A DNA stretch of 64,000 nt, from contig JAFGMZ010000096.1 in assembly GCA_016927285.1 (NCBI GenBank), positions 1,553-65,552 on the forward strand, written 5' to 3'. Shown here in pieces: positions 18,825-28,058 of this stretch. The notes below the pieces were generated by a model. The model was not told where the DNA came from. It searched no databases and saw only the letters and a list, made by a program, of their open reading frames with translations. Origin of the DNA: Chlorobiaceae bacterium. Its GTDB lineage: Bacteria > Bacteroidota > Chlorobiia > Chlorobiales > Chlorobiaceae. Each line of letters starts with the position of its first letter. Within the stretch, counting starts at the first letter, position 1. A program made the position numbers and the translations under genes.

Positions 18825-20079
18825 CCTGATGCCTTTAAATAGCTCGTTGCTTTTAACGGCTTTATTGTTGCATTCTTCATTTGCTCCGGCATGCGCTTTC
18901 GATGCCGAACAGCTGATGCTTCTTAAAAGCGGTATAAAAACCTGGAACGTTTTCAGGACCGAAAAAAGGGATGTGCCGGTTGATCTGTCAGGCGCTGCGC
19001 TTAAAGGGATGAAACTTCGGGGGGCTGATCTTGGTAACGCGAATCTTTCAGGTGCAGATATCACCAATGCCGATCTTACGGGTGCTGTGCTGAGCGGCAC
19101 AAATCTCAATGATGCCATAGCGAGCGGTTCGGTGCTGGTAAGAGCCTCTCTTGAAAGCGCATCTCTCGATCGTGCCGATATGGAGGGTGCCGTGCTTGAG
19201 GGCGCATCGATGAAAGGTGCATCTCTGCACGGAACTATCCTGAAAAAAGCCGATTGTGCCGATGTCGATTTTACCGGCGCCGATCTTCGGGAAACCAACT
19301 TCCGGGAAGCGTCGCTCGTCGGCGCGGCGCTGACCGGAGCCGATCTTCGTGCGGCTTACCTTTGGAGAGCTGATCTCAGCAGGGCAGTAATCAACGGGAT
19401 CAGGGTTTCTGCTGCGACCGTGCTGGATACGGGAAAATACGCCACCCTGGCATGGGCATCTGCGCATGGAGCTCTTTTTGTCGAGGATGTTCAGAAACCG
19501 GCCAGGGTTGCTGTGAAGGCAAGGGATGTGAGTGGCGCAATTCTCAACTTCGAAGAGCCGGTCGGATCGAGTCAGCAGGAGACATCTGCGGCAGCTGAGA
19601 ACCCGCACCGCGCGAAGGGTCGTACAGCCGGAAATATATGGAGGGAGTCGGGTTCTGAAAATATTGCTTACGATCAGATCTTGTTCAAGAAACTCAAGTC
19701 GGGTTCGTCCGGCTGGAACGATTTGCGCAAACGTCGCCGGGATATTTCCATTGATTTTCAGCATGCGCGGTTCGATGGAAAAAACCTGAGCGAGGCCGAT
19801 CTTACCCGCGCGAATCTCCGGAGCGCAAGTTTCAGAAGAGCCGATCTTTCGGGCGCCGATCTGCGACATGCTGATCTTTCGGGATGTGATCTGCGCGAAG
19901 CTGTTCTCGAACGGGCTGATCTTGGAGGCGCCGATCTTTCCGGCGCCAATCTTTGGCGCGCGAACCTCAGCTTTGCCCGTTTGAACGGCGCGAAGGTTTC
20001 CTCTGCAACTGTGCTCGATTCCGGCAAAAAAGCGTCGCCTGAGTGGGCGGCGCGTCACGATGCGCTTTTTGTCCAATAG
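18814..20079 (+). CDS. Exported pentapeptide-repeat protein with two repeat modules
   Basis: Signal-like N-terminus; many A(D/N)Lxx repeats in two blocks, each ending ATVLD(T/S)GK.A...WA..H.ALFV; start uncertain (18787/18814/18829). Confidence 0.88.
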   Translation: MLNNLMPLNSSLLLTALLLHSSFAPACAFDAEQLMLLKSGIKTWNVFRTEKRDVPVDLSGAALKGMKLRGADLGNANLSGADITNADLTGAVLSGTNLNDAIASGSVLVRASLESASLDRADMEGAVLEGASMKGASLHGTILKKADCADVDFTGADLRETNFREASLVGAALTGADLRAAYLWRADLSRAVINGIRVSAATVLDTGKYATLAWASAHGALFVEDVQKPARVAVKARDVSGAILNFEEPVGSSQQETSAAAENPHRAKGRTAGNIWRESGSENIAYDQILFKKLKSGSSGWNDLRKRRRDISIDFQHARFDGKNLSEADLTRANLRSASFRRADLSGADLRHADLSGCDLREAVLERADLGGADLSGANLWRANLSFARLNGAKVSSATVLDSGKKASPEWAARHDALFVQ

Positions 20080-20118
20080 CATCCGGAAGTCCGGAGATCT
20101 GTTTCCAAGGAGGTTACA

Positions 20119-20961
20119 ATGGATTTTTTACGAAACCGGCCCGTCGTGTCGGTTGTCATTCCGATGTACAATAACGCGCGTTTTATCGGCGATACAATAC
20201 ATTCGATTCTTTCTCAGACGTTCACTGATTTCGAACTGCTTATTTATGATGATTTTTCAAACGATGAATCGTTCGATATTGCGGCATCTTTTTCCGATTC
20301 CCGGATAAAACTGTATAAAAATCCGCACAATCTCGGCCCGGAAAAGAACTGGAACCGGGCTATAGGCGATGTGCGCGGCCGGTATGTCAAACTGGTTTGC
20401 GGTGACGATATTCTTTTTCCCGAGTGCCTTGAACGGCAGGTGGCTGTTTTTGATTATCCGAAGCATTCGGGGGTGAGCCTTGTCAGTTGCCCGAGAACCA
20501 TTATTGATCCCGAGGGCAAGCCGCTTATCAAGAAGGTCGATTTTGTCTCTGGCGGAAGGATCGGATCAGTCGATGTGATACGCAAAATGATCCGTATGGG
20601 TACGAACATCATTGGCGAGCCGGTTTGCGGGCTTTATCCAGCGGAGCTTATCGCCAGAACCAGCGGTTATAGCGCTATCGTGCCGTATACTATCGATCTC
20701 GATTTCTGGATACAGCTGCTCAAGCATGGGGATCTCTACATGATTGACGAGCCGCTTTGCGCTTTCCGGATTTCAAATGAATCGTGGTCGTCAAGAATCG
20801 GCGATATGCGATATCGTCAGTTTATAGAGTTCATGGAGCAGGCGGCTGCCGACAAGAGCCATGAAGTCACCGATCTGGATATGTTTATCGGAAGGATCAA
20901 CTGTGCCGTGCAATCCATGACCAGCCTCATGGGATTTAAACTGTTCGCCAGTCACGAGTGA
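20119..20961 (+). CDS. Glycosyltransferase family 2
   Basis: [25 protein letters not shown]. Confidence 0.9.
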   Translation: MDFLRNRPVVSVVIPMYNNARFIGDTIHSILSQTFTDFELLIYDDFSNDESFDIAASFSDSRIKLYKNPHNLGPEKNWNRAIGDVRGRYVKLVCGDDILFPECLERQVAVFDYPKHSGVSLVSCPRTIIDPEGKPLIKKVDFVSGGRIGSVDVIRKMIRMGTNIIGEPVCGLYPAELIARTSGYSAIVPYTIDLDFWIQLLKHGDLYMIDEPLCAFRISNESWSSRIGDMRYRQFIEFMEQAAADKSHEVTDLDMFIGRINCAVQSMTSLMGFKLFASHE

Positions 20962-20997
20962 AAGTTTCGGATGTGCCGCACGCAAACGTTTTATTCA

Positions 20998-21756
20998 ATG
21001 AGACTTAAGGGGAAAATTGCTCTTATTACGGGAGCTGCGGGGGGTATTGGGAGCGCGACTGCCCTCTGTTTTGCCGAAGAAGGCGCTCGCGTGATCCTTG
21101 CCGATATCGATACCGACGGCTGCGAGGCGGTTTGTGCAAGAATCAGGGAGCAGGGTGGCGATGCGATGTGTGCTTTTGTCGATGTGAACAGCGAGGAGCT
21201 GATTGTCGGTCTGTTTTCATCGATACGCGAGCAGTATGGCAGGCTCGATATTCTTGTTGCAGTCGCCGGAGGCGATCTCGACCCGTTCACTCCGGCTGAT
21301 GAGATCACAGGCAGCTCGATCGACAGCAACCTTGCGCTCAATCTCCGTTCATGCATGCTCTGCTGCCGTGAGGCGGCAAGACTCATGAAACCTCAGCAGT
21401 ATGGCCGGATCGTCACCATGAGTTCACTGGTATACCGGGGTGCGCAGGGTCAGTTTTCTTATGCAGCCGCGAAGGGAGGAATTGCATCATACACCCGCGC
21501 TCTTGCCATGACGCTTGGAAGCAGCAATATAACCGTCAATGCGCTTGCTCCTGCACTTGTCGATGTTCCTGCATTCCGAAAGGCGCTTGGATCCGAGCGT
21601 TGGGAGGTTCTGCTTCGGGAGAGCGGTTCACGGTATCCTCTTAATCGTGTTGCTCAGCCTCTGGATGTCGCGAAAGCCGCCCTGTTTCTCGCCTCGGATG
21701 ATGCGGCCTTCATAACCGGCCAGATTCTGGAGATATCCGGAGGAGCGAGATTATGA
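20998..21756 (+). CDS. SDR family oxidoreductase (FabG-like)
   Basis: TGAAGGIG, YAAAK catalytic motif, FITGQILEISGG. Confidence 0.92.
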   Translation: MRLKGKIALITGAAGGIGSATALCFAEEGARVILADIDTDGCEAVCARIREQGGDAMCAFVDVNSEELIVGLFSSIREQYGRLDILVAVAGGDLDPFTPADEITGSSIDSNLALNLRSCMLCCREAARLMKPQQYGRIVTMSSLVYRGAQGQFSYAAAKGGIASYTRALAMTLGSSNITVNALAPALVDVPAFRKALGSERWEVLLRESGSRYPLNRVAQPLDVAKAALFLASDDAAFITGQILEISGGARL

Positions 21757-21993
21757 ACAGGTTTTTTTGTGAAATGCAGGGTATGGAAGCTCTTCTGTAT
21801 TTATCGCATAACCCGATTACCGAAATTTTCCGATTCTTTCGTGATTCCGTCTGCCTTCTATTCTGATTTGTCGAGACAATAAAAAAAGGAAGCCTTTATG
21901 ATTAACTCCCTGTTTTCCTGATATTGCAGGTAGCGATTGCTTTTCGATTACGAATATTTATTACCAACTTTTTACAGGAAGGAGCAAGCAGCC

Positions 21994-22257
21994 ATGTCTA
22001 CCGAATCTGCAAAGGAATTTCTTGCGAAACTTATTGAAGATGAAGGGTTTCGCCGTTCTCTTGTCCGTCAGCTTTCCGATAAACGTCGGGAGCTTATCGA
22101 ATCGGCAGGTTATTCGTTTACCGAACAGGAACTTGAAGAGGTCAAAGCCGGACTTCCTCCGGGCGCTCTCGGTCATGTTGCGGGGTGGTTCTGTGACGTT
22201 GAAGATGAAAATGCGGCTTTTCGCGGACGTCGATGCGGCGGCGGCCTCTGGCATTGA
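21994..22257 (+). CDS. Nif11-like leader peptide RiPP precursor
   Basis: Strong RBS AGGAAGGAG; MSTESAKEFLAKL..DEGFR...AGYSFTEQEL leader; VAG cleavage-like site; short core with two Cys. Confidence 0.8.
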   Translation: MSTESAKEFLAKLIEDEGFRRSLVRQLSDKRRELIESAGYSFTEQELEEVKAGLPPGALGHVAGWFCDVEDENAAFRGRRCGGGLWH

Positions 22258-22319
22258 TGCCATCAGGGGTATCGCCGGCTGTTTTCGAGCATCATTTGTC
22301 AACCCTCAATTTTTCCGCT

Positions 22320-23567
22320 ATGAAACCCTTATGCATCAATAACTATTGTTTTGACCGCATTCATACCTGGATACAGTACGACATTCGGATACCTCAGTTC
22401 ATTGAAGTGGTTATTGAGGTTTTTTATCCGAAGAATTGTGAAGCTAACGGTTTGGTCATGTTCAGTCACGGATTTCTTGTCGGCAACGATCTTCTGTTTT
22501 ATCCCAGGAAGATCGTCGGCGCGCTTATGGATGATAATCCGCTTTTCGGCATTAACCCTTCGGCATACTATAATTACAGTTCCGCTATTGTGGAAAGGAA
22601 CTGGGCGATGGCGTTCGTGACGGCCGCTCATATGCAGTCCGTAGCGATACCATGGGTGGATTTCGGCGGAAATCCGAGAGTAGGGCAGGATGCTTATGCT
22701 GCGGCATCCTATCTTATCAAATACGGGGCAACCGATGAGTTCTATAAAATCGACGAACGGAACAGGAATAGCTTCATTTTTGATCGGGATCTTGCAGGCA
22801 AGACCAGGTTCATGAAGAGCAACAACGTGATTTTTGCCGGCCACTCCGTAGGCGGCGCACATGCCCAGGCTGCTGCGGTTGGTTTTGAGAAGCTGCATGA
22901 AATCGGAAAAAGCACATCGCACCCGTTCAATCCCGTTATGTACGATCGGGAGTTTATGCCGCTGTTTTCCTGTCCGATGTCTGAGTGGTGCGACGAACAC
23001 AGGGCGAAACCCGCAGGCCTGATTCAGCTCTCTCCGGTCGATATGCGCGTTCCGTTGCTTGCGCCCGGCATGAAGCCATACCGCGAGACGCTTGCCGGTA
23101 TGCAGATGCCGTCGCTTATGGTTATCGGCAACTGCGACTGCGCTACTCTCAAAAGCTCCGATCCTCCCTCATGGTCAACTCAAGCAGATAAGGTGACGCA
23201 GTTTTCCGATCTCTCTTCTGCCAAAAGCTGGGCAGCTTTAACCATGGTCGATAAGGGGAGTCATTGCGGTTATCTGACAGAGAAAAATCTGTTTTGCGAG
23301 TCGGCCGATATGCAGTTCAGCTGCGATCTCTGTCCCGATGATGCCGTTTATTCTCCTGATGGGGGAGAAACCATTTTCACTACCGAGTTGTTCAGGCAGT
23401 TCATCAGGCTCTATGACCATGCCGGGTCCTTTGAAGGTTCATTCGCCGATTGGAAGGAAAGTTCTTTCATGCAATGGCTGAACCAGTCAAGGCCCGAGCA
23501 TGCGCCGGTCGATCTTGTTGCTTTCGGTGATGGACGGTATGTGGATTTCGCCAGGGATAGCCTGTAA
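22320..23567 (+). CDS. Alpha/beta hydrolase (chlorophyllase/cutinase-like)
   Basis: VMFSHGF oxyanion motif, AGHSVGG nucleophile elbow, LSPVD, VIGNCD, GSHCGY catalytic His region. Confidence 0.75.
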   Translation: MKPLCINNYCFDRIHTWIQYDIRIPQFIEVVIEVFYPKNCEANGLVMFSHGFLVGNDLLFYPRKIVGALMDDNPLFGINPSAYYNYSSAIVERNWAMAFVTAAHMQSVAIPWVDFGGNPRVGQDAYAAASYLIKYGATDEFYKIDERNRNSFIFDRDLAGKTRFMKSNNVIFAGHSVGGAHAQAAAVGFEKLHEIGKSTSHPFNPVMYDREFMPLFSCPMSEWCDEHRAKPAGLIQLSPVDMRVPLLAPGMKPYRETLAGMQMPSLMVIGNCDCATLKSSDPPSWSTQADKVTQFSDLSSAKSWAALTMVDKGSHCGYLTEKNLFCESADMQFSCDLCPDDAVYSPDGGETIFTTELFRQFIRLYDHAGSFEGSFADWKESSFMQWLNQSRPEHAPVDLVAFGDGRYVDFARDSL

Positions 23568-23804
23568 CCAGTTATGGTATATTTGCACTGCGGGTCGAAG
23601 GTCTGCAGTCTTTGTTTTCTTCGGCCCGGTTTTTTTTGAGGGGTTGTCTCTGAGTAGCTGATAGTTTTTTGCTTTTAGGAGGGGGGATATTTCCGATTGC
23701 TTTTTTGAGCTGGAAATGAAAATATTTGTACTTTCAACTCGATGGAGCTGCCGGTCAGGAAGCTTTGTATAAACGTGATCAAGTTTGAAAAGGTTTAATT
23801 TCTC

Positions 23805-26800
23805 ATGATGTTAACTACAGGCCCTGAAACGGCGAAGGTTTCGCATACCGTGCCCAGGGAAATACCATTCAATTATACTTCAGCCGATGATCGCCAGGCC
23901 ATAGCGTCCCTGCTTGGTCCCGATATAGTCAGGACGCTCGACGAACTTCGGGAGCATCGTGTGACCGGCCGTTCAGCGAGGCTGCTGATGAGCATTATTG
24001 GCGAGATTCTTATTCATCGCCGTAATCCGTATCTCTTTCAGGAGCTGGTTGATTCGACTCATCGTCGGCAGCGGCTGTTCGAGCGCGCCGCAAAAGATCT
24101 CGATATCATAGCGAATTCAGCAAACGGGGAAACCAGGGTTATTACCGTAGTTTCCGCAGTGCGTGAACAGCTCGAGCGGTTTCGTCTTGCTGTAGAGAAT
24201 ACGCCTGAGCTGAGACGCCGGCTGAAACGAGAGATCGGGGCTGTGGTCGGCGTGAAAAACGTTTTGTTCGATCCTTTTTCCCTTGCCGCCCATGCAACCG
24301 ATGCTACTGATTGGCGGCTGCATCTGCCGGTTGCCGTCGTCACTCCTTCGGATGAGTTCCAGGTTGCTCCTCTTGTGACAGCGATCGCTAATATCGGCCT
24401 CAAGATCATTCCTCGCGGTGCGGGAACAGGCCTCACCGGGGGCGCGGTACCGCTCCGATCGCGCTGCGTTATTATCAATATGGAAAAACTCAACCGGGTT
24501 CGCGGTATCTCGATGCGCGATTTCCGTCTTGCCGACGGTTTAGTTCGCCAGTCGCCGGTTATCGAGGTCGAGGCGGGAGTTGTTACCGAACGGGCCATGC
24601 ATGAGGCGGAAGGGCAGGGGCTGGTTTTTGCTACGGATCCTACGAGCGAGTGGTCATGTACGATCGGAGGCAATATAGCGGAAAATGCCGGCGGCAAAAT
24701 GGCGGTACGCTGGGGGACCTGCATCGACAATCTGCTGGAGTGGCGCATGGCGATGCCTTCCGGAGAACGATGGACGGTCAGGCGTACAGATCACCAGCTT
24801 CGCAAAATACTCCATGAGGATTCCGTTGCATTCGAGGTGACTGACGAATCGGGCAGACGGATCGATCGTATCGAACTTCTCGGTACCGATATCCGTAAGA
24901 AAGGACTCTGGAAGGATATCACCAACAAGGCGCTTGGCGGTGTTCCCGGCCTGCAGAAAGAGGGTACAGACGGCGTCATTACCTCGGCGGTGTTCGTTCT
25001 GTATCCCAAATATCCCGAAAAAAAAACACTCTGCCTGGAGTTTTTCGGGCAGGATATGGACGAGGCCAGCAGGGTGATCGTGGAGCTTTCGCGTATATTT
25101 CCGCTGCCGTTCAACGATGAGGAGGCATTGCTCGCTCTCGAACATTTTGACGACGAGTATGTGAGGGCTATCGACTACAAGGTCAAGGCGCCGCGACCGC
25201 AGACGCCGAAGGCAGTATTGCTGATCGACATTGCTGCGCGTACCGAGGACGAGGTTATGCGCGGCGTCGAGCGGGTTGAAGCGCTTCTGGAGCGCTATCC
25301 GAACACGCTGTTGTTCGTGGCCCGTGACGATGCCGAATCGGTGCGGTTCTGGGCTGATCGAAAGAAACTGAGCGCTATCGCACGCAGGACCAACGCATTC
25401 AAGCTGAACGAGGATATCGTCATTCCGCTTGAAGCGCTTGCCGAGTTTGCGCGTTTTATCGACCATCTCAATACCGTCGAGGAAAGGTATTCGCAGCTTC
25501 GGTTTATCGAAAAGGCTGAATCGATCCTTGCTACTGCAATAGTGAACGAGGATGGCGGCCAGTTTGCTTCCAAGGTGCCTGCAGGCCTCGGACTCTGCAA
25601 GGAGTTTCGCGAAAAAGTGCGTGTTGCGTCTGATGATGGACTGCGTTCCCTGGAGATTCTGCACGAGCTTGCCGGCGAGCTTGCCGAACTTCTTCAGGGC
25701 TATCCGAAAATTCTCGGAGCTGTCGAGAAGGCCAACCAGTACGTTCGCAACAGTCGAATTGCCATTGCTACCCACATGCATGCCGGCGATGGCAACGTGC
25801 ATGTAAATATTCCGGTGCTGTCGAACGACCGGATCATGCTCGAGCGAGCTGACAAGGTTGTCGATCAGGTGATGGATAAGGTTGTTTCATTGGGCGGCGT
25901 AGTTTCCGGCGAGCATGGCATCGGCGTAACCAAATTGAAGTATCTCGATGCTTCAATTGTAGAGGAACTTTCCCGTTATCGGAAGAGAGTCGATCCCCAG
26001 GGGATCATGAACCCGGGAAAACTCGATGATTTCGAGGTGCTTGGCCATATTTTTACGCCCTCTTTCAATCTGCTGGAACTTGAAGCGCATATTCTGAAGA
26101 GGGCGAAGATAGAGGAGCTCTCGAAAAAGGTCGATACCTGCATCCGTTGCGGCAAGTGCAAAACCGACTGCTGCGTTTATTATCCGGCCAGAGGTATGTT
26201 TTACCATCCGCGCAACAAGAACCTTGCCATAGGCTCGCTTATCGAAGCGTTGCTTTTCGATGCCCAGCGTGAACGTTCGACCGATTTTGAACTGCTTCAG
26301 TGGCTCGACGAAGTCGCCGATCACTGCACTATCTGTCATAAGTGTCTGAAACCCTGCCCCGTCGATATCGATACCGGAGAGGTTTCTGTTCTGGAGCGCG
26401 AACTTCTTGCTGCAAGAGGGTTCAGGCACTCATCTCCGGTTACGGAAATGACCCTGCATTATCTTGACAGCCGTTCGCCTTTTTTTAATAAGGTTTTTCG
26501 AAATACCGTGCTGCGTTTCGGTGGTGCGGCTCAGCGTGCCGGCAGTCGTTTGACGGCCCCGTTGCAGCATGAGAATGATCCTTCGGCATTTTATCCGCTC
26601 AGGCTTTTGCGTTCATCGGTGCCTCCTGTGCCGGAGCAGACCTTGCGTGATATCCTTCCGGAGTGCGGTCAGGATCAGGTTCTGGTCTTCGAGCCATCAG
26701 GGGAGATCGCCGGTACCGTTTTCTATTTTCCCGGCTGCGGTTCCGAGCGTCTGAATTCCACTATTTCCATGGCGGCGCTGCATGTTCTGCTCGAGACCGG

Positions 26801-27461
26801 TACTCGCGTGATTTTGCCGCCCCCATTTCTTTGCTGCGGTTTTCCTGCACATGTGAATGCCAAGAGCGATCAGTACTCAAGTATTGTTCTGCGTAATACG
26901 GTGTTGTTCAGTCAGATTCGCGAGATGTTTTCGTATCTCGATTTCGATGCTTGCGTAGTGACCTGCGGCACATGTCTTGAAGGACTTGATGCTATCGAAA
27001 CAGGCAAGCTGTTTGGCGGACGCATCATGGATGCTGCGGCTTTTCTGGTTGAAAGGGGACTCAGGATGGAGGGAGAGGGTCATTGTCTTTATCATGCTCC
27101 ATGTCACGACTCGCTCGGCGGAAAGGCTGTCGATACCCTCAGAAAGATTGGAGGGTTCGGCAGTATCGAATCCGTACCGCACTGCTGCTCTGAAGCGGGC
27201 ACTCTTGCTCTCTCCAGACCCGACATCACCGATGCCATGCTGCATCGCAAACGCGATGCGATACGCGAGGCAATGGATGGATCGCAGAGCTGCGTGATGT
27301 TGACCAACTGTCCTTCGTGCGTTCAAGGGCTCGGAAGGAATCTTGATCTCGGTGTCGAACCGAAGCATATCGTCGTTGCGCTCGCCGAAAGGCATTCCGG
27401 CGCGGCATGGCAGGAAAAGCTGAAAGCGCAGGCAGCGAGAGCATCTGCAGTCAGTTTCTGA
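23805..27461 (+). CDS. FAD-binding and Fe-S-binding oxidoreductase (GlcD/GlcF-type fusion, DUF3683-like N-terminus)
   Basis: REIPFNYTS, PRGAGTGLTGG, HAGDGNVH, SGEHGIG, two CxxCxxCxxxC clusters, CCG domains. Confidence 0.88.
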   Translation: MMLTTGPETAKVSHTVPREIPFNYTSADDRQAIASLLGPDIVRTLDELREHRVTGRSARLLMSIIGEILIHRRNPYLFQELVDSTHRRQRLFERAAKDLDIIANSANGETRVITVVSAVREQLERFRLAVENTPELRRRLKREIGAVVGVKNVLFDPFSLAAHATDATDWRLHLPVAVVTPSDEFQVAPLVTAIANIGLKIIPRGAGTGLTGGAVPLRSRCVIINMEKLNRVRGISMRDFRLADGLVRQSPVIEVEAGVVTERAMHEAEGQGLVFATDPTSEWSCTIGGNIAENAGGKMAVRWGTCIDNLLEWRMAMPSGERWTVRRTDHQLRKILHEDSVAFEVTDESGRRIDRIELLGTDIRKKGLWKDITNKALGGVPGLQKEGTDGVITSAVFVLYPKYPEKKTLCLEFFGQDMDEASRVIVELSRIFPLPFNDEEALLALEHFDDEYVRAIDYKVKAPRPQTPKAVLLIDIAARTEDEVMRGVERVEALLERYPNTLLFVARDDAESVRFWADRKKLSAIARRTNAFKLNEDIVIPLEALAEFARFIDHLNTVEERYSQLRFIEKAESILATAIVNEDGGQFASKVPAGLGLCKEFREKVRVASDDGLRSLEILHELAGELAELLQGYPKILGAVEKANQYVRNSRIAIATHMHAGDGNVHVNIPVLSNDRIMLERADKVVDQVMDKVVSLGGVVSGEHGIGVTKLKYLDASIVEELSRYRKRVDPQGIMNPGKLDDFEVLGHIFTPSFNLLELEAHILKRAKIEELSKKVDTCIRCGKCKTDCCVYYPARGMFYHPRNKNLAIGSLIEALLFDAQRERSTDFELLQWLDEVADHCTICHKCLKPCPVDIDTGEVSVLERELLAARGFRHSSPVTEMTLHYLDSRSPFFNKVFRNTVLRFGGAAQRAGSRLTAPLQHENDPSAFYPLRLLRSSVPPVPEQTLRDILPECGQDQVLVFEPSGEIAGTVFYFPGCGSERLNSTISMAALHVLLETGTRVILPPPFLCCGFPAHVNAKSDQYSSIVLRNTVLFSQIREMFSYLDFDACVVTCGTCLEGLDAIETGKLFGGRIMDAAAFLVERGLRMEGEGHCLYHAPCHDSLGGKAVDTLRKIGGFGSIESVPHCCSEAGTLALSRPDITDAMLHRKRDAIREAMDGSQSCVMLTNCPSCVQGLGRNLDLGVEPKHIVVALAERHSGAAWQEKLKAQAARASAVSF

Positions 27462-27519
27462 AATCCGCATTTCGGGGGTTGCGGCGTCTGAAGAGCGTCA
27501 GTTCAGGACTGAAAATGGT

Positions 27520-27557
27520 TGCATGCATCCGAGGCCTTATGGCTCCGGATGCATGCA
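27520..27557. repeat. Inverted repeat/hairpin downstream of the oxidoreductase
   Basis: TGCATGCATCCG...CGGATGCATGCA, 12-bp perfect arms. Confidence 0.7.
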
Positions 27558-28058
27558 TTTCCGGTAAAGATTGTTGTGTTTATTCGTGATTTTGCGATTT
27601 TCTGACGGGATCGCGGCATTATCCGAATACGCTTTGGTCGGTTGCTCGCTTGTGTTTGGCGCTTTTTATGACGTAACATGGATTAATGCGTCAATGTTCC
27701 ATTTTCCTTCCTGATTGCTGATCTATCCTTACCAGCTTAAAAATTTATGTTTTCCCTGCCTGCTGAAAACCGGCTCGGGCTACTGATCGACTTTGTCATC
27801 TTTTCCTTGTACGGTAAACACCAATGCGTGCCGCATGGATAGCGGTGATGCCAACGTTTTTCGGCAGTTTTTTTGTTGCGGTGCCCGGACTGGTCCGTCG
27901 TAACCGGTCAGGAGAGTCAGCAAGGAGAGTTGCGAACTGTGCTGAGACTTTTTATCTTTTGATTACTGATCGTTTCTGAAGGACTTTTTTTCCTGCAGGG
28001 ATGGTTCCCGCAGGTGGTTTGCTTCAGCCTTTATGCACGACTTTTTCACCAGAAAACC

